Shown one piece after another: positions 38,249 to 48,766 of a DNA stretch of 64,000 nucleotides. The first letter of the stretch is position 1, and each line of letters begins with the position of its first letter. The notes beneath the pieces were generated by a model. The model did not search any database. It worked only from the letters and a program-made list of their open reading frames with translations, and was not told the origin of the DNA. Both the position numbers and the translations under genes were made by a program. Origin of the DNA: Aquabacterium sp. (GTDB taxonomy: Bacteria > Pseudomonadota > Gammaproteobacteria > Burkholderiales > Burkholderiaceae_C); assembly GCF_029946005.1 (NCBI RefSeq), contig NZ_JAQSDR010000003.1, forward strand, positions 2,836 through 66,835. The letters are read 5' to 3'.

Positions 38249-39442
38249 ATGTTCCAACACGTTGACGCCTACCCGGGCGACCCCATCCTCACGCTGAACG
38301 AGGACTTCCAGAAAGACCCACGCGCCGACAAGATCAACCTCAGCATCGGCATCTACTTTGACGATGCTGGCAAGCTGCCCGTGATGGCTGCGGTGCGCGA
38401 AGCTGAAAGCGCCATGTTGGCCACCGTGGGCCCCAAGCCCTACTTGCCGATGGTGGGCGCCAGCAACTACCGCGAGGCCGTGCAACACCTGCTGTTCGGC
38501 GCCGACCATGAGGCTGTCAAAAGCGGCCGGATCGCCACCTTGCAGACGATTGGCGGCTCAGGCGGTTTGAAGGTGGGCGGCGATTTCCTGAAACGCTATT
38601 TTCCGGATTCGCAAGTGTGGGTGAGCGACCCGACCTGGGACAACCACCGCGCCATGTTCGAGGGCGCGGGCTTCAAGGTCAACACCTACCCGTATTACGA
38701 CGCGGCCACGGGCGGCTTGAACTTCGAGGGCCTGTTGGCCACGATCAGCGACCTGCCCGCCCACAGCATCGTGCTGATGCACGCCTGCTGCCACAACCCC
38801 ACCGGCGTGGACCTGAGCACCGCGCAATGGGCGCAGTTGATCCCGGTGTTGAAAAGCCGCCAGCTGCTGCCCTACCTGGACATCGCCTACCAAGGCTTTG
38901 GCGACGGCATTGACGAAGACGCGCACGCGATCCGCGCCCTGGCCGATGCGGGCGTGAGCTTCTTCGTGGCCAACTCGTTTTCCAAGAGCTTCTCGCTGTA
39001 CGGCGAACGCGTGGGCGGCCTGAGCGTGGCCTGCCCCGACAAAGCGCAGGCCGAGCGTGTGCTGGGCCAGTTGATGTCGGCGGTGCGCCGCAACTATTCC
39101 AGCCCACCAACGCTTGGCAGCCAGATCGTGGCGCGTGTGCTGCAAACGCCCGCTTTGCGCCAGGTGTGGTCGGACGAGCTGGGTGCCATGCGCACCCGCA
39201 TCCAGGCCATGCGCCAGCGTTTGCACGCTGGCCTGGTGACGCGCTTGCCGGGCCGCGATTTCCAGTACTTTCTGGACCAGCGCGGCATGTTCAGCTACAC
39301 CGGCCTGAGCGCCCAGCAGGCCGACACCCTGCGCGAAGTGCACGGGGTTTACGTGCTGCGGTCCGGCCGCATGTGCGTGGCCGGTTTGAACGCCGACAAC
39401 GTTGACCGCGTGGCCGAGGCCATGGCCGCCGTGCTGGCTTGA
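38249..39442 (+). CDS. tyrB: Aromatic amino acid aminotransferase
   Basis: [46 protein letters not shown] and GRMCVAG motifs. Confidence 0.92.
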   Translation: MFQHVDAYPGDPILTLNEDFQKDPRADKINLSIGIYFDDAGKLPVMAAVREAESAMLATVGPKPYLPMVGASNYREAVQHLLFGADHEAVKSGRIATLQTIGGSGGLKVGGDFLKRYFPDSQVWVSDPTWDNHRAMFEGAGFKVNTYPYYDAATGGLNFEGLLATISDLPAHSIVLMHACCHNPTGVDLSTAQWAQLIPVLKSRQLLPYLDIAYQGFGDGIDEDAHAIRALADAGVSFFVANSFSKSFSLYGERVGGLSVACPDKAQAERVLGQLMSAVRRNYSSPPTLGSQIVARVLQTPALRQVWSDELGAMRTRIQAMRQRLHAGLVTRLPGRDFQYFLDQRGMFSYTGLSAQQADTLREVHGVYVLRSGRMCVAGLNADNVDRVAEAMAAVLA

Positions 39443-39563
39443 GATGTCCTAAAAAATTGGCTTAAGGGGGCCGTTTGATTGGGGGCATCCCCTGAGTCGG
39501 GGGGTGGAAGTTCCGTAGAAGAATGTGGCCACAACGAAAAGTCACGAGGAACCTTCCGCCGCC

Positions 39564-41237
39564 ATGGACAAAATCTGGCTCAGGCACTACCCCACCGGGG
39601 TGCCACACGAGATCGACCCCTCCGTGTACCACTCACTGGTGGAGTTGATGGACGAGGGCTTCGCCGCCCACCGCGACAAGTCGGCCTACAAGTTCATGGG
39701 CCGGACCTGGACCTTCGACCAGATCGACCGGGCCTCGCAGGCCTTCGCTGCTTATTTGCAGGGCCTGGACTTGCCCGCTGGTGCGCGCGTGGCGGTGATG
39801 ATGCCCAATGTGCCGCAGTACCCGGTGGTGGTCACGGCCATCCTGCGGGCCGGTTTCGTGGTGGTCAATGTCAACCCGCTGTACACGCCGCGCGAGCTGG
39901 AGCACCAGCTCAAGGACTCGGGCAGCCAGGCCATCGTCATCGTCGAGAACTTCGCCGCCACCTTGCAGGCGGTGATCGCGCAGACGCCGGTCAAGCACGT
40001 GGTGCTGGCCAGCATGGGCGACCTGCTGGGGCCGCTCAAGGGCACGCTGGTGAACCACGTGGTGCGCCGGGTGCGAAAGCTGGTGCCGAGGTTTTCCTTG
40101 CCCGGGGCAGTGCGCTTCAACGCGGCCTTGGCGAAGGGGCGTGATCGCGCTTACCAGCCCGCCCGGCCCGGCCCGGACGACATCGCGGTGCTGCAGTACA
40201 CCGGCGGCACCACGGGGGTCAGCAAGGGCGCGATGCTGATGCACCGCAACATCATCGCCAACCTGCTGCAGTCCGAAGCCTGGAACGCGCCGATGTGGAA
40301 GCAGTTGCCCGAAGGCGAGCAACTCACCACGGTGTGCGCCTTGCCGCTGTACCACATCTTCGGTTTCACGGTGAGCATGATGGTGGGCCTGCGCCTGGGC
40401 GTCTGCAACATCCTGATCCCCAATCCTCGCGACCTGGCTGCCACCTTGAAGGAGCTGGCCAAGCACCGCTTTCACAGCTTCCCGGCAGTCAACACGCTGT
40501 TTGGGGCACTGGCCCGCCACCCCGATTTTCACAAGGTTGACTGGAGCCACCTGCGCTTGTCGGTGGGCGGCGGCATGGCGGTGCAGCAGGCCACGGCCAA
40601 GCTGTGGAAGGACAAGACCGGTTGTGCGGTGTTCGAAGGCTACGGACTGTCCGAGACCTCGCCTTCGGTGACCTGCAACCCAGTGACCAACACGACTTAC
40701 TCCGGCACCATTGGCCTGCCCCTGCCATCGACCGAGGTGTGCGTGCTGGACGATGAGGGGCACGAGGTGCCGCTGGGCCAGCCGGGCGAGTTGGCGGTGC
40801 GCGGTCCGCAGGTGATGGCGGGCTACTGGCAACGGCCTGACGAAACCGCCCAGGTGATGACGGCCCAGGGTTTTTTCCGCACCGGCGACATCGCCACCAT
40901 TGATGAACGCGGCTACGTCAAGATCGTCGATCGCAAGAAGGACATGATCCTGGTGTCGGGTTTCAACGTCTACCCCAACGAGGTGGAAGACGTGGTCACG
41001 CAGATGCCGGGCATTGTGGAATGCGCCGCGGTGGGCATCCCGGACGAGCATTCGGGCGAGGCCGTGAAACTGGTCATCGTGCGCCAGAACCTGGCTGTGA
41101 CCGAGCAGCAAGTGCGTGACTACTGCGCCCAGCACCTGACCGGCTACAAGCGGCCCAAGGTGGTGGACTTTCGATCGGAGTTGCCCAAAACTGCGGTGGG
41201 AAAGATTTTGCGGCGGGCCTTGCGAGAGGCTGCTTGA
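39564..41237 (+). CDS. fadD: Long-chain fatty acid-CoA ligase
   Basis: YTGGTTGVSKG, EGYGLSETSP, GELAVRGPQVM, TGD and DRKKDMILVSGFNVYPNEVE motifs. Confidence 0.9.
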   Translation: MDKIWLRHYPTGVPHEIDPSVYHSLVELMDEGFAAHRDKSAYKFMGRTWTFDQIDRASQAFAAYLQGLDLPAGARVAVMMPNVPQYPVVVTAILRAGFVVVNVNPLYTPRELEHQLKDSGSQAIVIVENFAATLQAVIAQTPVKHVVLASMGDLLGPLKGTLVNHVVRRVRKLVPRFSLPGAVRFNAALAKGRDRAYQPARPGPDDIAVLQYTGGTTGVSKGAMLMHRNIIANLLQSEAWNAPMWKQLPEGEQLTTVCALPLYHIFGFTVSMMVGLRLGVCNILIPNPRDLAATLKELAKHRFHSFPAVNTLFGALARHPDFHKVDWSHLRLSVGGGMAVQQATAKLWKDKTGCAVFEGYGLSETSPSVTCNPVTNTTYSGTIGLPLPSTEVCVLDDEGHEVPLGQPGELAVRGPQVMAGYWQRPDETAQVMTAQGFFRTGDIATIDERGYVKIVDRKKDMILVSGFNVYPNEVEDVVTQMPGIVECAAVGIPDEHSGEAVKLVIVRQNLAVTEQQVRDYCAQHLTGYKRPKVVDFRSELPKTAVGKILRRALREAA

Positions 41238-41246
41238 GCGGCGGTT

Positions 41247-43388
41247 TCAGGGTTGGCGGGCGTGGGCCCAGTCGCCCAGCAGGCGCTGCAAGGCGTCGCA
41301 GTCCGCCGGTTTGACCAGGTGGTGGTCAAAGCTGGCTTCGGCTGATTTTTGTCGATCCGACACTTGGCCATAGCCAGTGAGCGCAATGAGCAGGGCATCC
41401 TCGCCCGATGGCAGGGTTCGCAGCCTGCGCGCCAGCTCGGTGCCGGCCATGCCTGGCAGGCCGATGTCCAGGATGAAGGCGTCAAAGGACGAGGTGCGGG
41501 CCAGGGCCAGCGCCGAGGGACCATCGTGGCTGACCTCCACGCTGTGCCCATCGAGCGAGAGCACCTGGGCCAGGCTGTGCGCAGCGTCCACGTTGTCGTC
41601 GACCACCAGGATGCGCAGCTTGCCAACGGTGGTGGCAGCCACCGGCATCGCTGTGGGCGCGATGGCTTGCGATGCAGCCAGCCGTGGCAGGCGAACGGTG
41701 AAGACGGCGCCTTGGCCCATGCCTGGGCTGGCGGCGGCCACGGTGCCACCATGCAGGGCCACCAGGTGCTTGACCAAAGCCAGGCCCAGCCCCAGGCCGC
41801 CTTCGCGTCGATCCGACGCCCGCTTGCCTTGCGTGAACAAATCGAAAATTTCGGGCATCAGGTCGGGGGCAATGCCGACGCCGTTGTCCTGTACCTTGAT
41901 CACGGCTTCGGTGGGGCTGGCGGTCACTTCCACCCAAACCTGGCCGCCTGGCTTGGTGTAATTGGCGGCGTTTGCCAGCAAGTTGCTGAGGACCTGGATC
42001 AGCCTGGCGCGGTCGGCCATCACCGTGATGGGTTCAGGCGCCACCGTCACGGTCAGGTGGTGTTGCCGGGCCTCCATCAAGGGCCTCACTTGTTCGACCG
42101 CGCCAGAGATGATTTCCGCCAACTCGAGTTCAGTGTTCTCCAGCGTGACCATGCCCCGGGTGACCCGTGACACGTCCAGCAGGTCGTTGATGATCTTGGT
42201 CATGTGGCCGACTTGTCGGCTGATCATCTCGCAGGTGCGCAGCACGCGGGGATCGGTGTCGGGGATGCGGCGCAGCAACTCGGCCCCGGCACGGATGGGC
42301 GACAAGGGGTTGCGCAACTCATGGCCCAGCATGGCCAGGAAGTTGTCTTTGTTGCGGTCGGCCGCTTGAAGCACTTCGGTGAGGGCCGTGAGCTTCTCGC
42401 GCTCGCGCAGCAGGTCGGCGTGTTGCTCGTGAAGTCGGTCCAGCATGTCGTTGATGGACTGGGCCAGGCTGGCCACTTCGTGGCTGCCGCCCTCGGGCGC
42501 GCGTTCGGTTCTCAATCCGCTGCCAAACAGCTGGCGGGAAAATGCTTCCAGGCGCTGGAGGTCGAGGGTGAGCAGTCGGGCCAGCAACATGCCGACCAGC
42601 ACCACGGCACTGAACAAGGTCAGGGAAATCAGCCAGATGTGCAGGTAGGGCACTTGCAGCTTCATGCCGACATCGGGGCCTGACAGCTGGCTATGGAGCC
42701 GAAGGCGCAAAGGCTCGAACACCTTGGGGCTCGGCACCAGCGTGTCCGGGGTGTCGTCCTTGGGGTGGGGCTGGTCGGTCCCCCATGCCAGGCTCATGCC
42801 GGGTCCCGCTTTGATGTGGCTCAGGTCCACCTTGTAGAACACCGCACCTTCGGGCGAGCTGGTGCGCGGGTACACCAGTGGTTCGATGGCGACCAGCTCG
42901 TTGCCCTGGGGCGAGGTAAAGACCCGTGCCACGGCCTGCCCGGTTTCCAGGTGGCCTCGCAGCCAGGCCAGCTGTTCCGGTGAAAAGCGGGCGCCCGAGT
43001 TGCTGGCAATTTCGTTGCCCTGGAAATCCGTGAACATCACTTGCACACGGATGCCGTTGATCTGGCGGATGCTGTCCAGGAACGGCCCCAGGTAGGTCTC
43101 CCGGCCGATGCTGTCAACCAAACCTGTGGCCAGGATGGTGCTGGCGGCAATCTCGGTCATGCGGCTGGCCAAGGCGTTCAAGTCCGCGCCAACGGTGGCG
43201 GCTCGGAATTGCCTTTCGTTGGCGGTCAGGGCCTTCAAGGCCTGGTCGTGTTGTTCGTTGATCAGCCACCAGGAGGCCAAGGTGGTGACCACCAACGCGA
43301 CCGCGGCCAGCGCGGCCGCCACCAGGGCGAACCGGTGCGCCAGGCGGCTTGGAAACCAGCGTGTCCACCGACTGCCCAAAAGTTTCAT
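41247..43388 (-). CDS. Hybrid sensor kinase (periplasmic input-HAMP-HisKA-HATPase-REC)
   Basis: Two TMs, HAMP, LGHELRNPL, NLLANAANYT, DNGVGI, GLGLGL and REC VVDDN/LDIGLP. Confidence 0.9.
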   Translation of the reverse strand: MKLLGSRWTRWFPSRLAHRFALVAAALAAVALVVTTLASWWLINEQHDQALKALTANERQFRAATVGADLNALASRMTEIAASTILATGLVDSIGRETYLGPFLDSIRQINGIRVQVMFTDFQGNEIASNSGARFSPEQLAWLRGHLETGQAVARVFTSPQGNELVAIEPLVYPRTSSPEGAVFYKVDLSHIKAGPGMSLAWGTDQPHPKDDTPDTLVPSPKVFEPLRLRLHSQLSGPDVGMKLQVPYLHIWLISLTLFSAVVLVGMLLARLLTLDLQRLEAFSRQLFGSGLRTERAPEGGSHEVASLAQSINDMLDRLHEQHADLLREREKLTALTEVLQAADRNKDNFLAMLGHELRNPLSPIRAGAELLRRIPDTDPRVLRTCEMISRQVGHMTKIINDLLDVSRVTRGMVTLENTELELAEIISGAVEQVRPLMEARQHHLTVTVAPEPITVMADRARLIQVLSNLLANAANYTKPGGQVWVEVTASPTEAVIKVQDNGVGIAPDLMPEIFDLFTQGKRASDRREGGLGLGLALVKHLVALHGGTVAAASPGMGQGAVFTVRLPRLAASQAIAPTAMPVAATTVGKLRILVVDDNVDAAHSLAQVLSLDGHSVEVSHDGPSALALARTSSFDAFILDIGLPGMAGTELARRLRTLPSGEDALLIALTGYGQVSDRQKSAEASFDHHLVKPADCDALQRLLGDWAHARQP

Positions 43389-43389
43389 C

Positions 43390-44601
43390 TCACTGGTCAG
43401 ACGGGACAATCACGCCAGCATCGGTGAACCGAGCCATGCGCAGTTCGTTGGTCCCCAATGCCTCGTGCCGACTGGGGGTGAAGGGCGGTGCATAGCGCTT
43501 GACCAGGCCTTCGTGCACCTGCACCTTCTCAAGGGCGTCACGGATGGCCGTCCGGTCGGTGCTGCCGGCCAGGGCGATCGCCTTGGCCAAGATGTGGGTC
43601 ATGTCATAGGCGTGGGCGGTGCCCACCGGGCTTTCGATGTCTTCGATCCGCTGAATGCCGAACTTGGCTGCGGTGGCCATGAACTTGGCCAGCGCGGGCT
43701 TGTTGGCCTGGAAGAAGCTGAAAGTTTGAATCACGTTGAAGTCGACCACCTTGAGCGAGGCGCCCGCCTGTTGGAAGAATTTGCCGCCGGTGATGCCCCA
43801 GTGGCTGTAAATCGGCACGCGCTTGTCGGCAGGCAGGGCGGCGATCTCATTGACCAGCACGGCGGCCTCGTCGTCATTGGCCACCAGCAGGATCGCTTGG
43901 GCTTGGGCGGCCTGCAGCTTGAGGTATTGGTCGATCAGGCTGCGTTCCAGCCAGTTGTACCAGGCTGTGCCGACCACCTTGGGTGAGGCGTGCTTGCCAA
44001 CGTATTTTTCAACGGCCGCCAGGTTGCTGCGGCCCCACGAGGTGTTGGTGAGCAGCAGCCCGACGCGCTCAAGCTTGCGCTCGCGGATCTTGTCCAGCAT
44101 GAATGGCATGGCCAGGCTGTCGCGCAAGGACAGGCGAAACGCGTAGTTGGGCGTGCTGCCGTTGTCGACGATGGCATCGGCGGCCGACCACACCGCCAGG
44201 AAGGGCACCTTGGCGGCCTTCAGGGTGGGCAACTCTTCGATCACGACGGGGCTGAATCGCCCACCGAACACGGCCACCAGGTCGGGCAAGGCGGCCAGTT
44301 CGGTGATGTTGCGGATGCCCCGAGCCGGGATGGAGCGGTGGTCTTTGGTGACGATTTGCAGAGGGCGCCCGCCCAACACGCCGCCTTGTGCGTTGATTTG
44401 GTCGACGGCGATCCGAACGCCCAGTTCAACGGCCTGGGCCGAAGTGCTGTTGAGCAGCCCGAACTCGGCATCGATGCCCAGTAGCACGGGTTTGGGATCG
44501 GTGGCCAGTGCCGACCAAGGCGTGGCCAGCCAGGCGAGTGCTGAGCCTTGAAGAAGCCTTCTGCGGGACGCGCAGGTCGGGGGCGGTTCTTTGGATGGCA
44601 T
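43390..44601 (-). CDS. Periplasmic binding protein (LivK/PBP1 class), Tat signal
   Basis: SRRRLL signal; GVRIAVDQINAQGGVLGGR and AHAYDM motifs; directly upstream of the kinase gene. Confidence 0.85.
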   Translation of the reverse strand: MPSKEPPPTCASRRRLLQGSALAWLATPWSALATDPKPVLLGIDAEFGLLNSTSAQAVELGVRIAVDQINAQGGVLGGRPLQIVTKDHRSIPARGIRNITELAALPDLVAVFGGRFSPVVIEELPTLKAAKVPFLAVWSAADAIVDNGSTPNYAFRLSLRDSLAMPFMLDKIRERKLERVGLLLTNTSWGRSNLAAVEKYVGKHASPKVVGTAWYNWLERSLIDQYLKLQAAQAQAILLVANDDEAAVLVNEIAALPADKRVPIYSHWGITGGKFFQQAGASLKVVDFNVIQTFSFFQANKPALAKFMATAAKFGIQRIEDIESPVGTAHAYDMTHILAKAIALAGSTDRTAIRDALEKVQVHEGLVKRYAPPFTPSRHEALGTNELRMARFTDAGVIVPSDQ

Positions 44602-44615
44602 GGCGCGGTCCTTGG

Positions 44616-46262
44616 TCAGAGGTGAGGTTGGGGCAGGGGCACGGTGTCCCAGAACGGACACTGTGCATCGGCATCGCCCGCCCGCACTTCAGGGCCGGCG
44701 TCCAGCCAGAGGAAGCGGTCACCCGGCCCGGCGGGCGGCCAGGCCAGGCTGCCCGCGTGAGGCAGGTGGCCGGTGCGGGCCAGTCGGGCCCACCTGGGCA
44801 CCAGGGCTTGCTGCAAGGCCAGGTCCGATGCGTTGGGCTGGTAGGCGCCTTGCCAGGCGAAGAAGAACACGTGCTCGATGGTGTGCACGGACTCCAGGGC
44901 GCTCAGTGCGGGGTCGTTCTTAAGCCCGTGTGCGAACAGGTAACGGTAAACCGGCGCTGTCTGATGGCGTGACAGCAAGCGTGCCACCCGCCAACTCTGG
45001 CAGGTGAACAGCGCGTCGGTCGTCAGCTGGACCATGGCTCGCCGTGGTGAGGGGTAGCTGGTTACGGGGTAGGCCGCGAGGATGCGCTGGGTGGCGCCTT
45101 CACCGAACACGCGCCCAATGGCCGCTTCATAGGACACCACGTCGGTGATGGGCCCCACGGAATCGACGAACTGCAGGGTCTCTTGCGCATTGCTGCCAAT
45201 GATCACGGGCATGGCCGCGTGGTCGCCGCGCTCGATGACCCTGGCGGGCTGGTCAGGGAAGACGTGCCCATCCACATTCGGCCCGTACAAGCGGGGCAGC
45301 ACGCCAAAGGTGCCGGGCACGGCCCGGACCACCTCGGCCGCGCTCTTGCTGCGCAGGCAGGCCGACGTGGCGCTGGCGCTGCAACCCAGTTCTTGCGCCA
45401 CGCGGGCGCCCGTGCCTTGTTGCGCTTGCGCCAGCGTGGGCAGCTCGCACCCGGTTGGCACGCTGGATTGCATGGCCGCGCGTTGGAAGAGGCCCTTGGC
45501 CGATGGCGCGGTCAGGAGGGCACAGATGTTGCCGCCGCCCGCCGAGGTGCCGAACACCATGACCCGGCGCGGATCACCGCCGAACGCGGCGATGTTGTCT
45601 TGCACCCAGCGCAGCATGGCGATTTGGTCCAGGCTGCCGTAGTTGCCTGAGATGCCCCGCGATTGCTCTGCGCTCAGGGCAGGATGGGCCAGAAAACCCA
45701 GCGCGCCGAGCCGGTAATTGAAGCTGACGTACACCACGCCTTCGGCGTTCAGCTTTTCGCCGTTGTACTGCACGCCACCGAAGCCAGCCGTGCCCTGGCC
45801 GGAAAAGGCATGGTTGCCGCCCCCGGTGAAAAACACCATCACCGGCTTGGGTTGGCGCGGGGCCGCCTTGGGCTTCCACACATTGAGGGTCAGGCAGTTT
45901 TCATCGCCCACCACCTCGTTGCCCACCAACTGAGGGCACACCGGACCGAACTGCGATCCGTCACGCAGCCCTGCCCAGCGCGTGGGGGCCGCCGGTGCCT
46001 GCCAGCGCAGCGCTCCCACCGGGGCCTGGGCATAGGGGATGCCCTTGAAGGCCACGGTGTCGTGCTCCACGACCCCTTTGACGGTGCCTTGCCCAGTGCA
46101 GGCCACCAGCTCGTCTTGCGCATTGCAGCGTGGGGAGTGGTCGGATCGACCCACGGCCTGGGCGTGCGAGGCGACGAAGGCGCCAGCGAGAAACACAGTG
46201 GCAAACCGCAAGCTTGCCTTGGCGAGGAGGGGGCCTGTGCTGATGTGAGGGTCAGTGGACAT
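44616..46262 (-). CDS. Type-B carboxylesterase, exported
   Basis: FKGIPYAQAPVGALRW, ENCLTLNVW, NYRLGALGF, nucleophile elbow GTSAG and VHTIEH motifs. Confidence 0.9.
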   Translation of the reverse strand: MSTDPHISTGPLLAKASLRFATVFLAGAFVASHAQAVGRSDHSPRCNAQDELVACTGQGTVKGVVEHDTVAFKGIPYAQAPVGALRWQAPAAPTRWAGLRDGSQFGPVCPQLVGNEVVGDENCLTLNVWKPKAAPRQPKPVMVFFTGGGNHAFSGQGTAGFGGVQYNGEKLNAEGVVYVSFNYRLGALGFLAHPALSAEQSRGISGNYGSLDQIAMLRWVQDNIAAFGGDPRRVMVFGTSAGGGNICALLTAPSAKGLFQRAAMQSSVPTGCELPTLAQAQQGTGARVAQELGCSASATSACLRSKSAAEVVRAVPGTFGVLPRLYGPNVDGHVFPDQPARVIERGDHAAMPVIIGSNAQETLQFVDSVGPITDVVSYEAAIGRVFGEGATQRILAAYPVTSYPSPRRAMVQLTTDALFTCQSWRVARLLSRHQTAPVYRYLFAHGLKNDPALSALESVHTIEHVFFFAWQGAYQPNASDLALQQALVPRWARLARTGHLPHAGSLAWPPAGPGDRFLWLDAGPEVRAGDADAQCPFWDTVPLPQPHL

Positions 46263-46335
46263 GGTTCTCTGCCTGGTTGATGGCTTGGCCGCTTTTAAGG
46301 GATTGCGGACATTAGGTTATATCAAGATGCAGGGT

Positions 46336-46896
46336 TCATTCTGGTGGCCCCATCAGCTTGATGGGCGTGACTTCGACCGTCTCCTGGCCATCGTTGACCC
46401 AGATGGTGCCGTCTTGCACGGTGATCTGCAATTGCATCGTGCGTTGCGCCAACTTGGCCAGGGCCTGGCTCTGCTCGGAAGGCACCTGCCATACCGTCAG
46501 GTTGCGCGCGCGGGTCAGTTTGGTGGCGATGCCGTCCCACCACACCTTGGTGCTGCTTTGGAACACCCACAGGCTGACCTGGTGGGCGCGGCCGCTGGCC
46601 TTCATCAGGCGCTTGTCGTCGGGCTGGCCCACGTCCACCCAGTGCAGGATCTCGCCCGAGTAGTTCTTTTGCCACAGCGCGGGCTCGTCGGTGTCCCACA
46701 TGTCCTTGGCCAGCTCGATGGTGCCTTCCTGCGTGTTGGCGGGCCAGCCCAGTGCTAACGCCAGCACGCGGATCATCATGCGTTCGTCGGCCTCGGAGGG
46801 GTGGCGCGCGATCGTCAGGGCGGGGTCGGCGTAGACGTTGCGGTCCATGTTGGCCAGCTGCAGCTGGGCCTTGTAGATGGTGGCTTTGATCGCCAT
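46336..46896 (-). CDS. yaeQ: YaeQ family protein
   Basis: MAIKATIYKA, LTIARHPSE.DERMM, DEPALW and WVDVGQPD motifs. Confidence 0.9.
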   Translation of the reverse strand: MAIKATIYKAQLQLANMDRNVYADPALTIARHPSEADERMMIRVLALALGWPANTQEGTIELAKDMWDTDEPALWQKNYSGEILHWVDVGQPDDKRLMKASGRAHQVSLWVFQSSTKVWWDGIATKLTRARNLTVWQVPSEQSQALAKLAQRTMQLQITVQDGTIWVNDGQETVEVTPIKLMGPPE

Positions 46897-46909
46897 GGGG
46901 ATGTTCTCT

Positions 46910-47785
46910 TTATTGGGGTTCGGGTTCGAAGGTGTCAAGCCAGCGGGCCAGGTCGGCGAAGACCTGCGCCTGGTCGGGCTCGTGGAAGATTTCGTGGGCC
47001 ATGCGCGGGTAGGCGTGCGTGGTGACCACGGCATGCGGTGCGGCGGCGGCAAAGCGCGCGCTGCCGGCGGGGCGCACGCAACGGTCGGCGCCCGCGTAGA
47101 TCAGCAGGGTGGGCGTGGTCCAGTGTGCGGCGCGCTGCAGGGTGTGCTCGGCGGCGTCGACGATGAAGTGGCTCAAGCGGCCGGTGGCGCGGTCGTGCAC
47201 CAGCGGGTCGGCGATGTAGGCCTTGACGATGGCCGGGTCGCTGCACACCCACTCGGGCTTGAGGCCGTTGGGCACGGCCAGGTTGGGTGTGAGCTTGCCA
47301 AAGGTGGCCAGCAGGGTTTTCTGGAACCAGCTCAGGCCGGGGTCGAGGGCGGGGGATGACATGACCAGCAGATCCACCGGGCGGGCCCAGGGGGCGGCTT
47401 CAGGCGGATGGGCTTGGGCGGCCACGAAGCGGCCGACGACCAGGCCGCCCAGGCTGTGGCCGATCAGCAGCAGGCGCTGCCCGGGGTAGGTGGCGCGCAC
47501 GGTGTCCAGCACCGAGGCCAGGTCGTAGAGCAGGTCATCGCCGTGGGCGAGGCGGCCCTGGGCGCCGGGTGATCGGCCGTGGCCACGGTGGTCATAGCCC
47601 ACCCCGGCCCAGCCCCAGTTGTTCAGGTGGTGGGCCACGTGCTCGTAGCGGCCGGCGTGTTCGCCCAGGCCGTGCACCAGCAGGGCGACGCCGCGCGGCT
47701 CGACCTTGTCGGGCAGAGGCCAGTGGCGGGTGGCCAGGGCCAGGCCGTCGCGGGTGGTGATGGTGGCGGGGATCTTGGGGATCAT
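46910..47785 (-). CDS. Alpha/beta hydrolase (lysophospholipase/monoacylglycerol lipase-like)
   Basis: VHGLGEH, DHRGHGRS, GHSLGG and HEIFHEP motifs. Confidence 0.9.
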   Translation of the reverse strand: MIPKIPATITTRDGLALATRHWPLPDKVEPRGVALLVHGLGEHAGRYEHVAHHLNNWGWAGVGYDHRGHGRSPGAQGRLAHGDDLLYDLASVLDTVRATYPGQRLLLIGHSLGGLVVGRFVAAQAHPPEAAPWARPVDLLVMSSPALDPGLSWFQKTLLATFGKLTPNLAVPNGLKPEWVCSDPAIVKAYIADPLVHDRATGRLSHFIVDAAEHTLQRAAHWTTPTLLIYAGADRCVRPAGSARFAAAAPHAVVTTHAYPRMAHEIFHEPDQAQVFADLARWLDTFEPEPQ

Positions 47786-48630
47786 CGGGTGCCTTTTTCT
47801 TCGGGTGCCAGGGCGGTGGCGGCGTGCAGCCAGTTCAGTCCGGCGGAGGTGCCGCCCGGGCCGCTTTGGCGTGGGCGGTATTCGCAGCCGATCCAGCCTG
47901 GCCATTGCAGCGCGCGCAATTCGGCAAAGACGTGAGGGTAGTGCAGTTCGCCCGCGTCGGGTTCGCCCCGGTCGGGCACGGCGGCGACCTGCAGGTGGCC
48001 GACCCGGCCGGTGGGCAGGGCCTGGCGCAACTGCGTGCTGATGTCGCCCTCCACGATCTGGCAGTGGTACAGGTCGAGTTGCACCTGCAGGTGGGGCGAG
48101 TTGATGCGCTGGACCAAGGCGTGGGCTTCAAGCTGGCGGTTGAGCAGGTAGCCGGGCATGTCGCGCGGGTTGATGGGTTCTATCAGGAGAGTGCGGCCGG
48201 CCAGGCGGGCCTGTTCGGCGGCCCAGGCCAGGCGTTGTTCGTAAATCGCCAGGGCGCGCGTCCGATCTTGGTCGGGGGCGGCGCCCGAACACAGGCCGGC
48301 CATCACGTGGACGCGGGGACAGTCCAGGCGCTGGGCCAGGGCCAGCGCGGCCAGCACGCTGGATTGGAAGTCGGATTCGCGCCCCTCCAGGCAGGCCAGA
48401 CCGCGTTCGCCTGCGGCCCAATCGCCTGGGGCGGCGTTGAAAAGGACCAGTTCAAGGCCCAGATTGCGCAGGCGGGCCCGGATCTCGCTTTCAGGGTGTT
48501 CGTGCGGGAACAAGCACTCTACGCCACGAAAACCGTCGTCGGCAGCGGCCTGGAACCGGTCCAGAAAGGGGCGGTCAGGGTAAAGCCATGACAGGTTCGC
48601 CGCGAATTTCAAGGGAGATGTGGGGTTCAC
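47782..48630 (-). CDS. hyi: Hydroxypyruvate isomerase family protein
   Basis: KFAANLSWLY, LIEPIN, QLDLYHCQ, HLQVAAVPDRGEP and WIGCEYRP motifs. Confidence 0.88.
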   Translation of the reverse strand: MNPTSPLKFAANLSWLYPDRPFLDRFQAAADDGFRGVECLFPHEHPESEIRARLRNLGLELVLFNAAPGDWAAGERGLACLEGRESDFQSSVLAALALAQRLDCPRVHVMAGLCSGAAPDQDRTRALAIYEQRLAWAAEQARLAGRTLLIEPINPRDMPGYLLNRQLEAHALVQRINSPHLQVQLDLYHCQIVEGDISTQLRQALPTGRVGHLQVAAVPDRGEPDAGELHYPHVFAELRALQWPGWIGCEYRPRQSGPGGTSAGLNWLHAATALAPEEKGTR

Positions 48631-48766
48631 GTTGGGTGTCCTACCCCCCAGGGCTTAGGGAGTGCGTAAACGGGTGGCGACGGTTATAACCTGCCGTTGG
48701 GTGGGATCCGGGGCGCCCGTTGAGGGTGGCCAGCATGGCCCGTACACATTTTGAAGGATCTCAACT

